Under the pieces are notes generated by a model. The model was not told where the DNA came from. It saw only the letters and a list, made by a program, of their open reading frames with translations, and did no database searches. From Octopus vulgaris (lineage: Eukaryota): DNA of 64,000 nt. Every line of letters begins with the position of its first letter. Position 1 is the stretch's first letter. Shown piece by piece: positions 22,466 to 35,057 of this stretch. The position numbers and the translations under genes were made by a program. The stretch is from positions 150,970,001 to 151,034,000 of the forward strand of contig OX597814.1 of assembly GCA_951406725.2 (NCBI GenBank). The letters are read 5' to 3'.

Positions 22466-23967
22466 ACTTTGATACTTTGATACTTTGATAGGTTTCGGCC
22501 ATTATTGGCCCAGACCATGTCTAACTTAATAGCACCACCTGGTGAAGTCTTTCAAGTCAGAATTTGGGCACTATGGCCCACTCAAGTAGAGAGTTATTGT
22601 TTACAGAGACATATCCAGGTGTAGGGGGTTTATCCGGGATTTCTTGAAGGAATCTGTCCAAAGACTTCTTGAACCCTATAGGGTCAGTTTCTGTTTTAAT
22701 GTGTTTTGGTGTAATGTTAAAGAGAGCGGGGCCAATTGAGGTGAAATAATTGTGCCGTATTGTTGTTATGAGATGAGAGTGCGATTTTTGTTTTGGGCGG
22801 ATGGCACGGGGCCCAAGCCTTGGATGTACCTTAAAGGTGATGCCAACATCATTTGGGCAATGCTGATGGAATATTTTCCACATCATGCAGATGATGTAGC
22901 GCTCACGACGACGTTGGAGAGAATAGAGTTTTAGCTTTTCTAGCCGACCCCAATAGTCGAGGCCTGTCATGCCATCTTTCTTTTTTGTGATTGCCCTTTG
23001 AGGTGCTTCAACTTTTATGATACCTTGTATTGTGTGGGGAGACCACAGTGGACAACAGTATTCAAGGTGGGGTCGGGCAAAAGTGGAGAAGAGAAGGATA
23101 ATGGTGTGGATATCTCTCGACTGGAAAGTTCTGAGAATCCAGGAACACATTCTGCGGGCCATGTCAACTTTGGTGTTTATATGAGTGGCCCAGCTTACGC
23201 TGTTGTCCACAATTACTCCCAAGTCTCTGATGTTGTTGGACGCCGCGAGAGTTTCACCTGAAGGAAGGGAGTATGGGAGTTTCAGGGCATCCTCTTTTCC
23301 AAAGTGGATTAGCTCAAATTTATCCTCGTTCAGCAGCATATTGTTTTTTTCTGCCCATTGGATAACAGCCAGTAGATCTGACTGAAGGCATGTCCGGTCA
23401 CTCGCCTCATTTATGACCTTCTGTAGCTTGGAGTCATGTGCAAAGATTTTTATGTTGCTGTGCTTGATGATGTCATTAATGTCATTAATGTAAATGATGA
23501 AAAGAAGTGGGCCCAGCACAGTGCCTTGCGGAACGCCACTACTGACTTTGGCTGGGCTTGATTTTACCCCTTCAACTACAACATGTTGAGATCTGTCTGT
23601 CAGGAAACACTTAATCCATTTCAGTAACTTTCCAGAGACACCAATGTTGGATAGTTTTTTCAATAGGATCTTGTGATCGACCCTGTCGAAGGCCTTACTG
23701 AAATCAAGGTAGATGACATCGGTGTTGGAGCCCTCTCCCAAAGCTCTCAAAATGTCCTCAAAGTGATGCAGGAGCTGCGTTAGGCAGTCCCTTCCATTAC
23801 GGAACCCATGTTGGTTGGAGATCAGCCGTCTGTTGCTTTCCAGAAATTGGGTTATTCGAGATCTCACCACCCTCTCAAATACCTTGATGATATGAGAGGT
23901 GAGTGAAATCGGACGGTAATTCACTGCAAGGGACTTGTTTCCCTTTTTGAAAACTGGGACAACAGTT
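22466..23967 (-). mobile_element. 5'-truncated CR1-group LINE in (TA)n
   Basis: RT ORF, short 3' UTR, (TATCAAAG)3 tail; (TA)n on both flanks. Confidence 0.92.
22557..23965 (-). pseudogene. LINE ORF2 RT domain and C-terminus (5' truncated; catalytic FADD altered to FAHD)
   Basis: [60 protein letters not shown]. Confidence 0.9.
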
Positions 23968-23986
23968 TATATATACATATATATAC

Positions 23987-24043
<57 letters not shown>

Positions 24044-24063
24044 CATATATATACATATACATG

Positions 24064-24109
<46 letters not shown>

Positions 24110-24198
24110 TATACATATACATGTATATGCATATATATATATATATATACATATATATATACATATATATATACATATATATATATACATATATACAC

Positions 24199-24293
<95 letters not shown>

Positions 24294-24296
<3 letters not shown>

Positions 24297-24637
24297 TTGT
24301 TATATTTCGGAATGGTCATATTGCCAGTTTAGCCAATAAAAACACACGCACTATATATTTGGTGTTATTTTGCTTCAGTGATATTTATTTTTTACATTAA
24401 TCTTAATCTTATTTCTCCCAAAGTTCTTTCGTCACACTCCTGTGACCGCATCAGTGGTCCTTTGTTTTCTTCTCACTTATTTGTGTCTCTCCTTACTAAC
24501 CAAGCAAAATAACACCAAATATATAGTGCGTGTGTTTTTATTGGCTAAACTGGCAATATGACCATTCCGAAATATAACAATATCTGTTTCAACACACGAC
24601 TTCACATAAAAAATCTTGCACAACAAATATTTAAACG
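24294..24637 (-). mobile_element. Non-autonomous fold-back element (probable PLE terminus) in (TA)n
   Basis: Perfect 82-bp inverted repeat 24294-24375 / 24502-24583, hammerhead-like motif in the loop, one-sided extension 24584-24637. Confidence 0.75.
24418..24457 (-). ncRNA. Hammerhead-like motif (variant core)
   Basis: CCA-CTGATGC-G-GTCACA-GGAG-TGTGAC-GAAA-GAAC-TT-TGG; perfect 6-bp stem II, 3-bp stem I, A9 replaced by C. Confidence 0.55.
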
Positions 24638-24685
24638 TATATACATATATATATACATATGACTATGTATATATATACATATGAC

Positions 24686-26007
24686 TATGACTGGGTGTTG
24701 AAACAGCTACTAAATGACTCAAATGTGGATGTAATATATCTCGACTTTGCAAAAGCCTTTGATAAAGTCGACCATGGTATGATCTGTCACAAACTGCGTG
24801 GTCTCGGCATAGGCGGGAAACTTGGAGAGTGGCTGCACAACTTCCTAAAAGACAGAAAACAGGCAGTTGTGAGCAATGGAGCCACCTCCAAGGAAACGCA
24901 AATAACAAGCGGTGTCCCACAGGGCACTGTCTTGGGGCCACTGATGTTCATAGTGGCCCTTTCAGACATGCCTTCAGTTGCTACGATGACCACCCTTGCT
25001 AGCTATGCAGATGACACAAAAGTCTCCCACGCAATACAAAACCCTGAAAATATTGCGCATCTGCAACATGAGCTGGACACAATATACAGGTGGGCTGAGG
25101 ACAACAACATGCAGTTTAATGCAGGTAAGTTCCAGGCCCTGCGCTACTGGCACACAAAGGTAAATGACGTGAAGACTGGATACACTGGCCCAGGAAGAAT
25201 TGCAATCCCTGAGTCAAAATCAGTGCGTGACCTGGGCATTGACATGAGCAATGATGCATCTTTCCAAATGCATATTGCTAATCTGGTGATAAAATGCAGA
25301 CGGCTAGCTAGATGGATTCTCCGAACTTTCAGAACAAGAGAGAAGGAGACACTGATGGTCCTATGGAAAACATTCGTCCTCAGCCGCTTGGACTACTGCT
25401 CCCAACTTTGGTCACCACACAATATAAAACAAACAGCAGAACTCGAAGCAACTCAGAGAAGCTACACAAAGAAAATCGTCTCAATGCAAAATGTCAGCTA
25501 CTGGGAAAGACTGAAGGTATTAAACCTCTTCTCCCTGGAGCGGAGGCGGGAGAGATATGCAGTGATATACATCTGGAAAATCCTGGAGGGTCTTGTCCCA
25601 AACTTTGGCATTCAAAGTTACTCCAACCGCAGAACGGGGCGCCGCTGCGTGGTGCCAAGGATTCCAACATCACCATCAAAATACAGGTCCAGATACTGCA
25701 ACAGCTTGGGTTTCAGAGGACCACAGCTCTTTAACATCCTCCCTAAATGCCTGAGAGACTTACATGGTGTGGATGTGGGTTTCTTTAAAATTAAACTGGA
25801 TCTCTTCTTGTTGGGAGTCCCAGATGAACCTACCTCACGACAGGAGACACGGATGCGGGCAGCAGCATCGAACTCCCTTGTTGATCAAGTGCCACGTATC
25901 AGAGGTGGATTCACAAACTAGTGTAGCTCATTCAGCGGTGGTGCCCCAGCATGGCCGCGGCCTTCGGGCTAAAACATTTTTAAGGATTTAAGGATTTTAA
26001 GGATTTA
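24686..26007 (+). mobile_element. 5'-truncated CR1-group LINE in (TA)n (frame open to stop at 25921)
   Basis: [43 protein letters not shown]; 3' UTR stem-loop; (TTTAAGGA)n tail. Confidence 0.92.
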
Positions 26008-26024
26008 TACATATATATTTATAC

Positions 26025-26092
<68 letters not shown>

Positions 26093-26217
26093 ATATATAC
26101 ATATATATACATATATATATATATATACATATATATACATATATGTATATATACATATATGTATATATACATATATATACATATATGTATATATACATAT
26201 ATGTATATATACATATT

Positions 26218-26257
<40 letters not shown>

Positions 26258-26301
26258 CATATATATATATATTTATATATACATATATATATATATACCT
26301 A

Positions 26302-26681
26302 CTAGCAGTATCGCCCGGCGTTGCTCGGGTTTGTAAGGGAAATAACTATAAAGCATATATAGAGAGTTATAGCCAAAAAATAGCAAAAAAATGGGGAAAA
26401 AATTATGGTAAATTTGTTTTGTGAGTTAAAAAGGTCGAGTTGCGTTCCCTAGACCATCTGTGGTTTGTGTTTCTGATTGTCGACCCCATGACGAATTTAT
26501 CGATCTTTTTCAGAACTGGGGGAACTTTTCAAAATTTTTCCTGCGTTAGTTTTGAATTATGACATTGGGCTATGTGTGTGTCAAGTTTCATCAGAATCGG
26601 TTGAAAGCCGTGGTCAGGGTGAGGGTACAACCTAACAGACACACAGACACGCACACAGACAAACTGCCGTTTATATAGAGA
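26302..26681 (-). mobile_element. Non-autonomous Helitron
   Basis: Minus strand starts A|TCTCTATATAAA and ends CCCGAGCAACGCCGGG-CGATACTG-CTAG|T. Confidence 0.78.
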
Positions 26682-26767
26682 TATATATATATACATATTA
26701 TATAATATATACATATATTTATATATACATATATATATATATATATATACATATATTTATATACATA

Positions 26768-26825
<58 letters not shown>

Positions 26826-26832
26826 TATATAC

Positions 26833-27392
26833 GAGTGATGATACCTCTTTCCAAGTGCACATCACCAGTGTAAAATTAACAGCGGACCTTGAAGCAATCC
26901 AGAGAAGATTCACAAAGAAGATTGTCTCTTTGCAACGGCTCGGCTACTGGGAAAGGTTGAAACAGCTAAGACTCTACTCCCTGGAGAGAAGACGGGAGAG
27001 GTATGAAGTAATATATGTCTGGAAGATCCTGGAAGAAATTGTGCCAAATTTTGGCATTGTAAGCTACACCAATGCTAGAACGGGACGACACTGCATAGTG
27101 CCAAAGATCCCAGCAATGCCATCACGCTTCAGGACCAGCTTCTGCAACAGCCTGGGTTTCAAGGGCCCACAGCTTTTTAATATTCTCCCAAAGAGTCTGA
27201 GGAACTTGCACAAAGTAGATGTAGCGGTTTTTAAATCGAAGCTGGAGATCTTCCTGTCGAGAGTCCCAGCTGAACCTACCTCACGGCAAGAGGTGCAAAT
27301 GAGAGTAGCTATATCAAACTCCATTCTTCACCAAGTGCCACATATTAGACGAGGTGCATCAACATGGCCGCAGCTCGGAATGAAACTGGAGA
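26833..27392 (+). mobile_element. CR1-group LINE 3' fragment with an internal deletion
   Basis: [38 protein letters not shown]; homologous to the C-terminus of 24686-25921. Confidence 0.88.
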
Positions 27393-27407
27393 AAAAAATA
27401 TATATAT

Positions 27408-27565
27408 GTGGCTGTGTGGTAAGTAGCTTGCTAACCAACCACATGGTTCCGGGTTCAGTCCCACTGCGTGGCATCTTGGGCAAGTGTCTTCTGCTATAGC
27501 CCCGGGCTGACCAATGCCTTGTGAGTGGATTTGGTAGACGGAAACTGAAAGAAGCCCGTCGTGTG

Positions 27566-27600
<35 letters not shown>

Positions 27601-27815
27601 TTGTGTGTCTGTGGTTGTCCCCCTAGCATTGCTTGACAACCGATGCTGGTGTGTTTACGTCCCCGTCACTTAGCGGTTCGGCAAAAGAGACCGATAGAAT
27701 AAGTACTGGGCTTACAAAGAATAAGTCCCGGGGTCGATTTGCCCGACTAAAGGCGGTGCTCCAGCATGGCCGCAGTCAAATGACTGAAACAAGTAAGAGT
27801 AAAGAGTAAGAGAGA
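27408..27815 (+). mobile_element. SINE family A, near full length
   Basis: Colinear with 20094-20504. Confidence 0.9.
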
Positions 27816-27899
27816 GAGAGTATATATATATATATATATATTTGTACTAAACAATTGTAATAAACTACCGATCCACTCTTGTTGCTTATTATTTTTGGG

Positions 27900-27943
<44 letters not shown>

Positions 27944-27946
<3 letters not shown>

Positions 27947-28139
27947 CCAAACAAGAAAGCACAAAAACAAAACACAACAACGCGAGGACGTAGAACAAAT
28001 ATAGTATTATTGGACGGTCAGGAAAGAAGGAGGGTTTAACGTTTCGAGCGGAGCTCTTCGTCGGAAACATAGAAGGAAAGATCCAGAGATGGGAAGACAG
28101 AGGGAAAAAAATCGCCAACGGTACACACGAGGTCACATT

Positions 28140-28140
<1 letters not shown>
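27944..28140 (-). mobile_element. Short hammerhead-containing insertion between (TA)n tracts (probable PLE pseudo-LTR fragment)
   Basis: ~200 bp unique block bounded by TA repeats, containing the motif at 28034-28068. Confidence 0.6.
28034..28068 (-). ncRNA. Minimal type I hammerhead motif (U4C variant)
   Basis: GTTT-CCGACGA-A-GAGC-TCC-GCTC-GAAA-CG-TT-AAAC; palindromic ACGT stem III. Confidence 0.65.
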
Positions 28141-28210
<70 letters not shown>

Positions 28211-28213
<3 letters not shown>

Positions 28214-28710
28214 ACACAATACATGTCCTTAATTGATACTAATAATTTCATATGTTGAGAAATATCTGAAGCATTAATTTTCAAGCACAAACCATTTATC
28301 ATAACGAACTAAAAAAATTTTGAATGAGGAGAAACGTGAAAATCTGAGTAGGCAGCATATAGAAAACGCAGAAGATTAAAAAAAAAAAAAACAGAAAACA
28401 AAACACGGAAAACGAAAATACAAAAGCTAAAACGTAAAAAGTACGAAGTAAAAAGGTAAAAGAGTTATCCTCCTTAGACCTGCGTTTTCTACATGCTGCA
28501 TTTTCATTTTTTTCACATTTCTTCTCATTCAATTTTTCTTTTAGTTCGTTATGGTATGTGGTTTGTGCCTGAAGAATATGTTTGAGATATTTCTCGATAT
28601 ATGACACTACTAGTAGCACTTAAACACATGTATTGTGTCCTTTACATAATATTTATCACTCACCAGTTGGAGTACTTTTGTTGAATTTTCTATCACGGAA
28701 CAGTATGTTA
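28211..28710. repeat. Old diverged fold-back insertion next to (TA)n
   Basis: AGGACACAATACATGT / ACATGTATTGTGTCCT termini; inner pairs ATAACGAACTAAAA / TTTTAGTTCGTTAT and TAGAAAACGCAG / CTGCGTTTTCTA. Confidence 0.75.
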
Positions 28711-28795
28711 TATATTTGTGTGTGTTGATATATACATATATATACACAGACATATATACATTGATAGTTTATACATCTTTTATTATGGATAATTG

Positions 28796-28834
<39 letters not shown>

Positions 28835-29264
28835 AAGTGAGAAAGAGAGAGTGTCAACAAATGAGATCCAGAGATTCTCGGTATATAACATACTTAGTAG
28901 CGCTCAAATGATTCAAACTTATAACAAGCTGCTATATTTAATGGGTTTTTCCGCATAAGTGTGTGTGTATATGTGCGTAAGAGAGAGGGAGAGTTTGGAG
29001 GGATATCCGGGTGGATTTCCTGATGACTCTCAGTTATCTTCCAGGTTACGGCTAACCGCATTGATTAGTATTTATCGTCTATAACAACTATGAGTTGTCA
29101 CTCACGCTGTAAATTCTGTGCAGCTTCGTTCATAGTCTGTCCATTAGCTAGTTTCAAAGTGAACTGACTATAGTTGTTTTGGTTAGGGTTCCAGGGAAGG
29201 TGCTAGGATGAACATTCTCCAATATTTCATATAGTTATAAATACTGATGATTGACTTATTTTTT

Positions 29265-29537
29265 GAAGTCCTAGTGCTTATTCTATCGGTCCCTTGCTCG
29301 AACCGCTAAGTTACAGGGACATAAACACACCAACACCGTTTGTCACGTGATAAGGGCAGGGGCAAACACAGACACAGACATATATATATGTGTGTGTGTG
29401 ACAGGCTTCTTTCAGTTTCCGACTACCAAATCCATTCACAAGGCCCAAGGTTGTAGTAGAAGACAATTGCGCAAGGGGACTGAACCTGGAATCATGTGGT
29501 TGTGAAACAGGTTCTTAACACACAGCCACACCTGCGA
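29265..29537 (-). mobile_element. SINE family A (diverged)
   Basis: Reverse complement of head and body. Confidence 0.75.
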
Positions 29538-29658
29538 CTTCCTACTATACACCCACAACTTACAGTTTTCTCACTGCAGTGTAGCTGCACAGGATACGGA
29601 CTGAACTTGACTCTTCCATAATGATCCCACTTGCATGATCTCTGTAACAAAACTATAA

Positions 29659-29825
29659 ACGTTCTGAGTTCAAATTCCGCCGAGGTCGGCTTTGCCTTTC
29701 ATCCTTTCGGGGTCGATAAATAAAAGTACCAGTTTCGCACTGGGGTCGTTGTAATCGACTTAATCCGTTTGTTTGTCCTTGTTCGTCCTCTCTATGTTTA
29801 GCCCCTTGTGGGTAGTAAAGAAATA
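29659..29825 (+). mobile_element. SINE family B body
   Basis: GTTCTGAGTTCAAATTCCGCCGAGGTCG..TTTGCCTTTCATCCTTTCGGGGTCGATAAA..AGTACCAG (resembles the Deu/Nin SINE central domain). Confidence 0.8.
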
Positions 29826-30689
29826 TATAATCGTACTTAAATAGATTTTATGTAAATTGAATTCTATATACCAACTTCAAGATCCAATTTTCATTTTATA
29901 TTTTATCGTTTCTTGCATCACTTCTCTATTTCATACAATACATTTTGAGGCATAGTAGCATGTAATATGTAACAGACTAGCAATTAGACAGACACTCCCC
30001 GTGATTCAGCGACAATGACGTTATTCAAACATTTCGATAACATTTCTCGTTACTTTTATCGTACTAATAAAATAAATAAAACAATACCGCCACATTGCAA
30101 ATTCATACACGTAAAATTATCTAATAATTTCAGTTGGCTGTTTCCGCAAACATCAATGGATAGCAGCTGTTATTCCATAATTCTTATCATTTTACCCACT
30201 CTGAAGACATTCCAAAGATACTTATATTGAGAAGATATATTATTTGCTTCATAAATTACATTTATAATTAAGTAGCGTGAAAATTGTTTTGTTTTTGTCT
30301 GTTTGCTATCAATGAAGGCAAATAGTTTCTTCCATTCACTCCCGTATAAGTCCAAGTATTTGAAAATGTTATCTTTCAATTGCTTACTATCTTGCAGTAT
30401 GTTTAGATGTTTTAAACGACACAGAATAAAGCTGTGTATAATATCCTCGATTAAATTCTTAGTGAAATTGTTTTTCACGCCTACACAGTAATTATATAAA
30501 AATATTAAACACAGTCACATGAGTGTATACACACACGTGCGCACATACACAAATACAGTTTCAAGATACTTTGTTTCAGAGAAGCTATTAAAGAATTAAC
30601 GAAAAATGGAGACTCTTTGCTATAACTTTAGATCCGTACACACACAGACATAAGCGTTGTCTACTATACACACACACACCCGCCCCTGG

Positions 30690-32005
30690 CTCACGAATGC
30701 CTTGCGATTAGCTTTGGTAGACGGAAACTGAAAGAACCCCATCGTGTATATATATGTGTGTGTGTGTGTGTGTGTGCGTGTGTGTATGCGCGCGCGCGTG
30801 TTTGTTTGTTTGTTTCTCCTCTACCATCGTTTGACAACCAGTGTCGTTTGTTTATGCTCCAGTAATCTAGCAGTTTGGCAAAAGAGATCGAAGATCTTTT
30901 CCTTTTGATCGGCAGTTCGATAAATTATTTTTTTTTTTTAAAACTAAACTCTTTCAGACTTTGGATACTGGAAGAATGTGTCATTTAGAACATCTTTTAC
31001 TCTTAGCTTTGTTAAGAAAAGTATCTATTTACGAAGTTATTTCGTGTTAAAGTTGTCGTATTTCGGTAATATCAACCAATCAATGACGTGTATTCAGCTG
31101 AATAAAATTACTGCTATTGCTTGTCTACAACAACTATCGGCGGTATATATTTCGTTTGTCACTGTTATCTATGACATCATTCGTGCATTTGTACTGGTTT
31201 TAGCTTTAAGGTTTTAGGGTTCGGGTTTTGCGGTTAGGGTTTTAGGGTTAGGGTTAGGGTGTTGGCGTTTTAAGGTTAAGGAAAAAAGTGATAAACGAAG
31301 AAATTGGAGTGGAGGGGTAAGGTGTGGGGTCAAAAATTTTCAAAATTCTGATTTTTGACAATTTTCTGGAATATCCGTATCCGAAAAGCTGGGTTTTGGC
31401 AAAAAAAAAAACAATAAAAAAAAACAATAATTTACGAGAAAATGGGTGGGGACGTGAGGAAGTCTTTCCGGAAATTGTAGCTGAAAAACTGGAAGAAAAA
31501 CTAAAACTAGTAGAAATGCACGAACGATTATAATGGTGTCGTAAAGTAAACGTGCTTCAGATACACTCGTTCATACATACGAACGTAACTGAGATTTTAA
31601 ATATGTCATAAATAACAGTGACAAACGAAATATACACCGCCGGAAGTTGTTGTTGACAAACAACAGCAGTAACTTTATTCAGCTCAATAGACGTCATTGA
31701 TTGGTTGAAATTACCGAAATACAACTTTAACACGAAATAACTTCGAAAATATAAACTTGTCTCAACAACGCTAAGAGTAAAAGATTATCTATAAGACACA
31801 TTCTACCAGTATCTGAAGTTTGAAAGTCTTAAGTTTAAAAAAATTAATTTAACGACCTTCCGATCAAAAGGAAAAGATCTGAGATCGATAGAATAAGTAC
31901 CAGGCTTTAAAAATATGTACTGGGGTCGTTTTGTTCGACTACATCCTTTAAGGTGTTACCCCAGCACGGCCGCAGTTCAATGACCAGAACAAGAAAAGAT
32001 AATAG
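30690..32005 (+). mobile_element. SINE family A copy split by the TIR element
   Basis: ..GGCAAAAGAGATCGA | insert | GAGATCGATAGAATAAGTACC.. Confidence 0.8.
30892..31880 (+). mobile_element. Non-autonomous TIR DNA transposon with long TIRs, 8-bp TSD and internal (TTAGGG)-like array
   Basis: Ends AGATCTTTTCCTTTTG / CAAAAGGAAAAGATCT; TIRs ~280 bp; TSD GAGATCGA (30884-91, 31881-88); telomere-like repeats ~31200-31280. Confidence 0.9.
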
Positions 32006-32481
32006 AAATATATATATATATATATATATAGGTGTGTGCGCGAGTGTTGTCTGAAAAGATTTACACGAGTTTAAATATATCCATTTATAGAAAATCGGTT
32101 TCCTAAACAAGATTTGATGAAATATGAAAATGTAAAAACAGCCGTTTTTATAAAATGAGATTACTTTTCTATTCTATTGATAAATATAGTCTAGATCATA
32201 CAGTTGTCATTCTTCATTTATTCCACCTCAAAAATATCTGTTTCTGCAATGGTTTTCTTAGTTTTATCACTCACTCCTAAATTACTTTATGATCTGACTC
32301 AATTTACATTCGAAAATGTTTCCCGTATTTTTTCTGTCGACGCTGAAATTATTATATCTCTGAATTATCATGATAGCTAGTTACGAGCACATAAAACTGT
32401 TGAATTCTGTTTCGTTTATTTCTTAATAATAGCGTACGCTATGTGAAAAGGTTTTGTAGTACATCTTCGAACTGGAAACTG

Positions 32482-32878
32482 AGGAGTTGCTGTGTGGTAA
32501 GTAGCTTGCTTACCAACCACATGGTTCCGGGTTCAGTCCCACCGCGTGGCACCTTGGGCAAGTGTCTTCTACTATAGCTTCGGACCGATTAAAGCCTTGT
32601 GAGTGGATTTGGTAGACGGAAACTGAAAGAAGCCCGTCTATATATATATATGTATATGTAAGTGTGTGTTTGTGTGTCTATGTTTGTCCCCCCAGCATTG
32701 CTTGACAACCGATGCTGGTGTGTTTACGTCCTCGTAACATAGTGGTTCGACAAAAGAGACCGATGGAATAAGTACTAGGCTTACAAAGAATAAGCTCTGG
32801 GGTCGATTTGGTTGACTAAAGGCGGTGCTCCAGCATGGCCGCAGTCAAATGACTGAAGCAAGTAAAAGAGTAAAGAGA
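32482..32878 (+). mobile_element. SINE family A, full length
   Basis: Colinear with 20094-20504. Confidence 0.9.
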
Positions 32879-33849
32879 GGGTAATTCTGCTACATCATTG
32901 GAATAATCAGCCATGGATGCTATTAAGAAATAGACAAGAGGGAAGGTATCGGGGGGAGGGGGTATTTTAAATGGCTAAAATATCATTCACGATGATATTA
33001 CACCAGTTTCAGTACACGATCTCACATCAAGTCACTTGTTAAAGAAGTACAACAGTAACTTGTTAATATTGTAAATATTTCATTTTAGTTTCTCTCCACC
33101 TTTGAGTAGTAAAATGGCGAAATTTCATGCTTAGAAATTAATAAATACGCACTTTGCAAACACCATATGTAAATAATACAATGAAAATACGAAAAGGTTG
33201 TTTTTGTTTGTTTTTTTTTCCTAAAATTTATCATTCAACTGTTCGTCATTGTAAAAATAGCGTGAGCGCTCTATTCTTTTGTTAGAAAAAAACTCTTTGT
33301 TTATCGCAAGAATTCAAATGATTTAAACGAAATTTATTATGCATACATAAAAATACACATATACACACCTACACGAAGACTTAAAAAATAATTCAAATGA
33401 TCTTCAAATTGTATGAAAAAAAAAAACATAAGCAAAACATTTTCAACGCTGATTTCCATTCAAAAAGATACTGAATTTTAAAACTATAATTTGATAGTGA
33501 AACGACTACATCCGCTAAAATAAACTCATTTCTAAAACAAAAGCCATATGATATAAACAATGTTTTCAAAAATAGAATGAGGAAGATTGTATGAAATTAA
33601 GATATTTAAATAAGAATACAGGTAAAATTGTACACATAAGATCTAATTACAAGATCAAGTGTGTGTTACGAATAAATACGTAAATACGCTGAACCAGTTC
33701 CAAATATATCTCGTTTTACTATAAAATTAGACTGCTGAATATGTATGTTATATATAGGCCTAATTATATATATCGTACTTAAGGTATGATTTGCAGAGCT
33801 GGCAATTTCTAAACCGTCTATAATGAAACGCATTGTTCTTCATTTAAAT

Positions 33850-34060
33850 TATTGGTTTTCAGATATTGGCAGCAAGTTCGGGGATTGGGGTAAGTCGATT
33901 ACATCGACCATCAATGTCCAACAGGTACATTATTATCGACCTGGAAGGGATGAAAGGTAAAGTTGACCTTGGGGGAATTTGAACTCACATCGTAAAGACG
34001 GGCGAAATGCTGCCCGACATTTTGCCCAGTTCGCTAACGATTCTGCAAACTTGCCGCCTT
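33850..34060 (-). mobile_element. SINE family B (diverged)
   Basis: GGATGAAAGGTAAAGTTGACC..GAATTTGAACTC..GCCGCCTT. Confidence 0.7.
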
Positions 34061-34071
34061 ATTCAGTTAAA

Positions 34072-34295
34072 GGATATTTTCCCTTTGAACGGCAGATTGA
34101 GAAATTAATTTTTTGTAACTAAACACTTTCAAACTTCGGACACTGGTAGAATGTGTCATATAAAACATCTTTTACTCTTAGCGTTTTTGAGAAAAGTTTC
34201 TATTTACAAAGTTATTTCGTGTTAAAGTTGTCGTATTTCGGTAATTTCAACCAATCAATGACGTGTAATCAACTGAATAAAATTACTGCCGTTGT
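34072..34295. mobile_element. Solo TIR of the 30892/41361 family
   Basis: GGATATTTTCCCTTTGAACGGCAG..; colinear with 30892-31120; no convincing partner end. Confidence 0.8.
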
Positions 34296-35057
34296 TATAT
34301 CTTGCCTGATTGATACACTTTCAATTCTCCTATCTTCTGCAGAATATACTTTGTACACAATAGTCCTTTCCTGCATATCTTTTATTACTCCCTGGGGTGG
34401 CAACAACTTTGCGTCACCACCTTCTCTGTGTGCCATCTTCTCATAACTTTTCAACATTGACAGATCCACCTCCTTATTCGCAACTTACGCAAAACTTTTC
34501 TTCTTTAATTGACAATCCATTCTTTTCATCACTCGTACAAGTTCCTCTTCTGACGATGATAATTCCGACCCACTAAGGTCTGAATAAAATAAATTGTTCT
34601 TTCTATCCCTAGCTAACTCTCCTCAAACGAGGAGAGAAACCACAAACAATTTGCTGCAAAGCAGCACGAAAACAATTTGCAAAGTGCTTTAAAAAACACT
34701 GACACAAAACAAAACGATGTTAACACTGTAAAAAATACGGTCAAATTGATTCACGTACACCTTGAAAAACACCGGAAGCGTGCTGGTGTTTCTTCCTTAT
34801 TTTTACTTTTGTTTTTGATTAGCCAAATTTCATTTACATCTTGCCGCAAGATAGATGGCTTCACTATAAATATTAGAATACCATTACAACATATGTTATG
34901 AATAAATAAATTCAAAGTCAACGTTCTACCATTATTTAAATGAGTTGTCAATCACAAGGTTGGTTTGTTTAAATTTTAATAAGTAACCTTCCACGACAAC
35001 CATACGCTGTTCGGGAAGAAGTGTTTAGACAAGCTTGCTTAAGTGTAGAAATATTCA

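Noticed and set aside
30170-30481. Minus-strand 102-aa ORF or exon candidate; likewise 35591-35774 (+)
   Set aside because: Plausible splice signals but no recognisable homology; such ORFs can arise by chance
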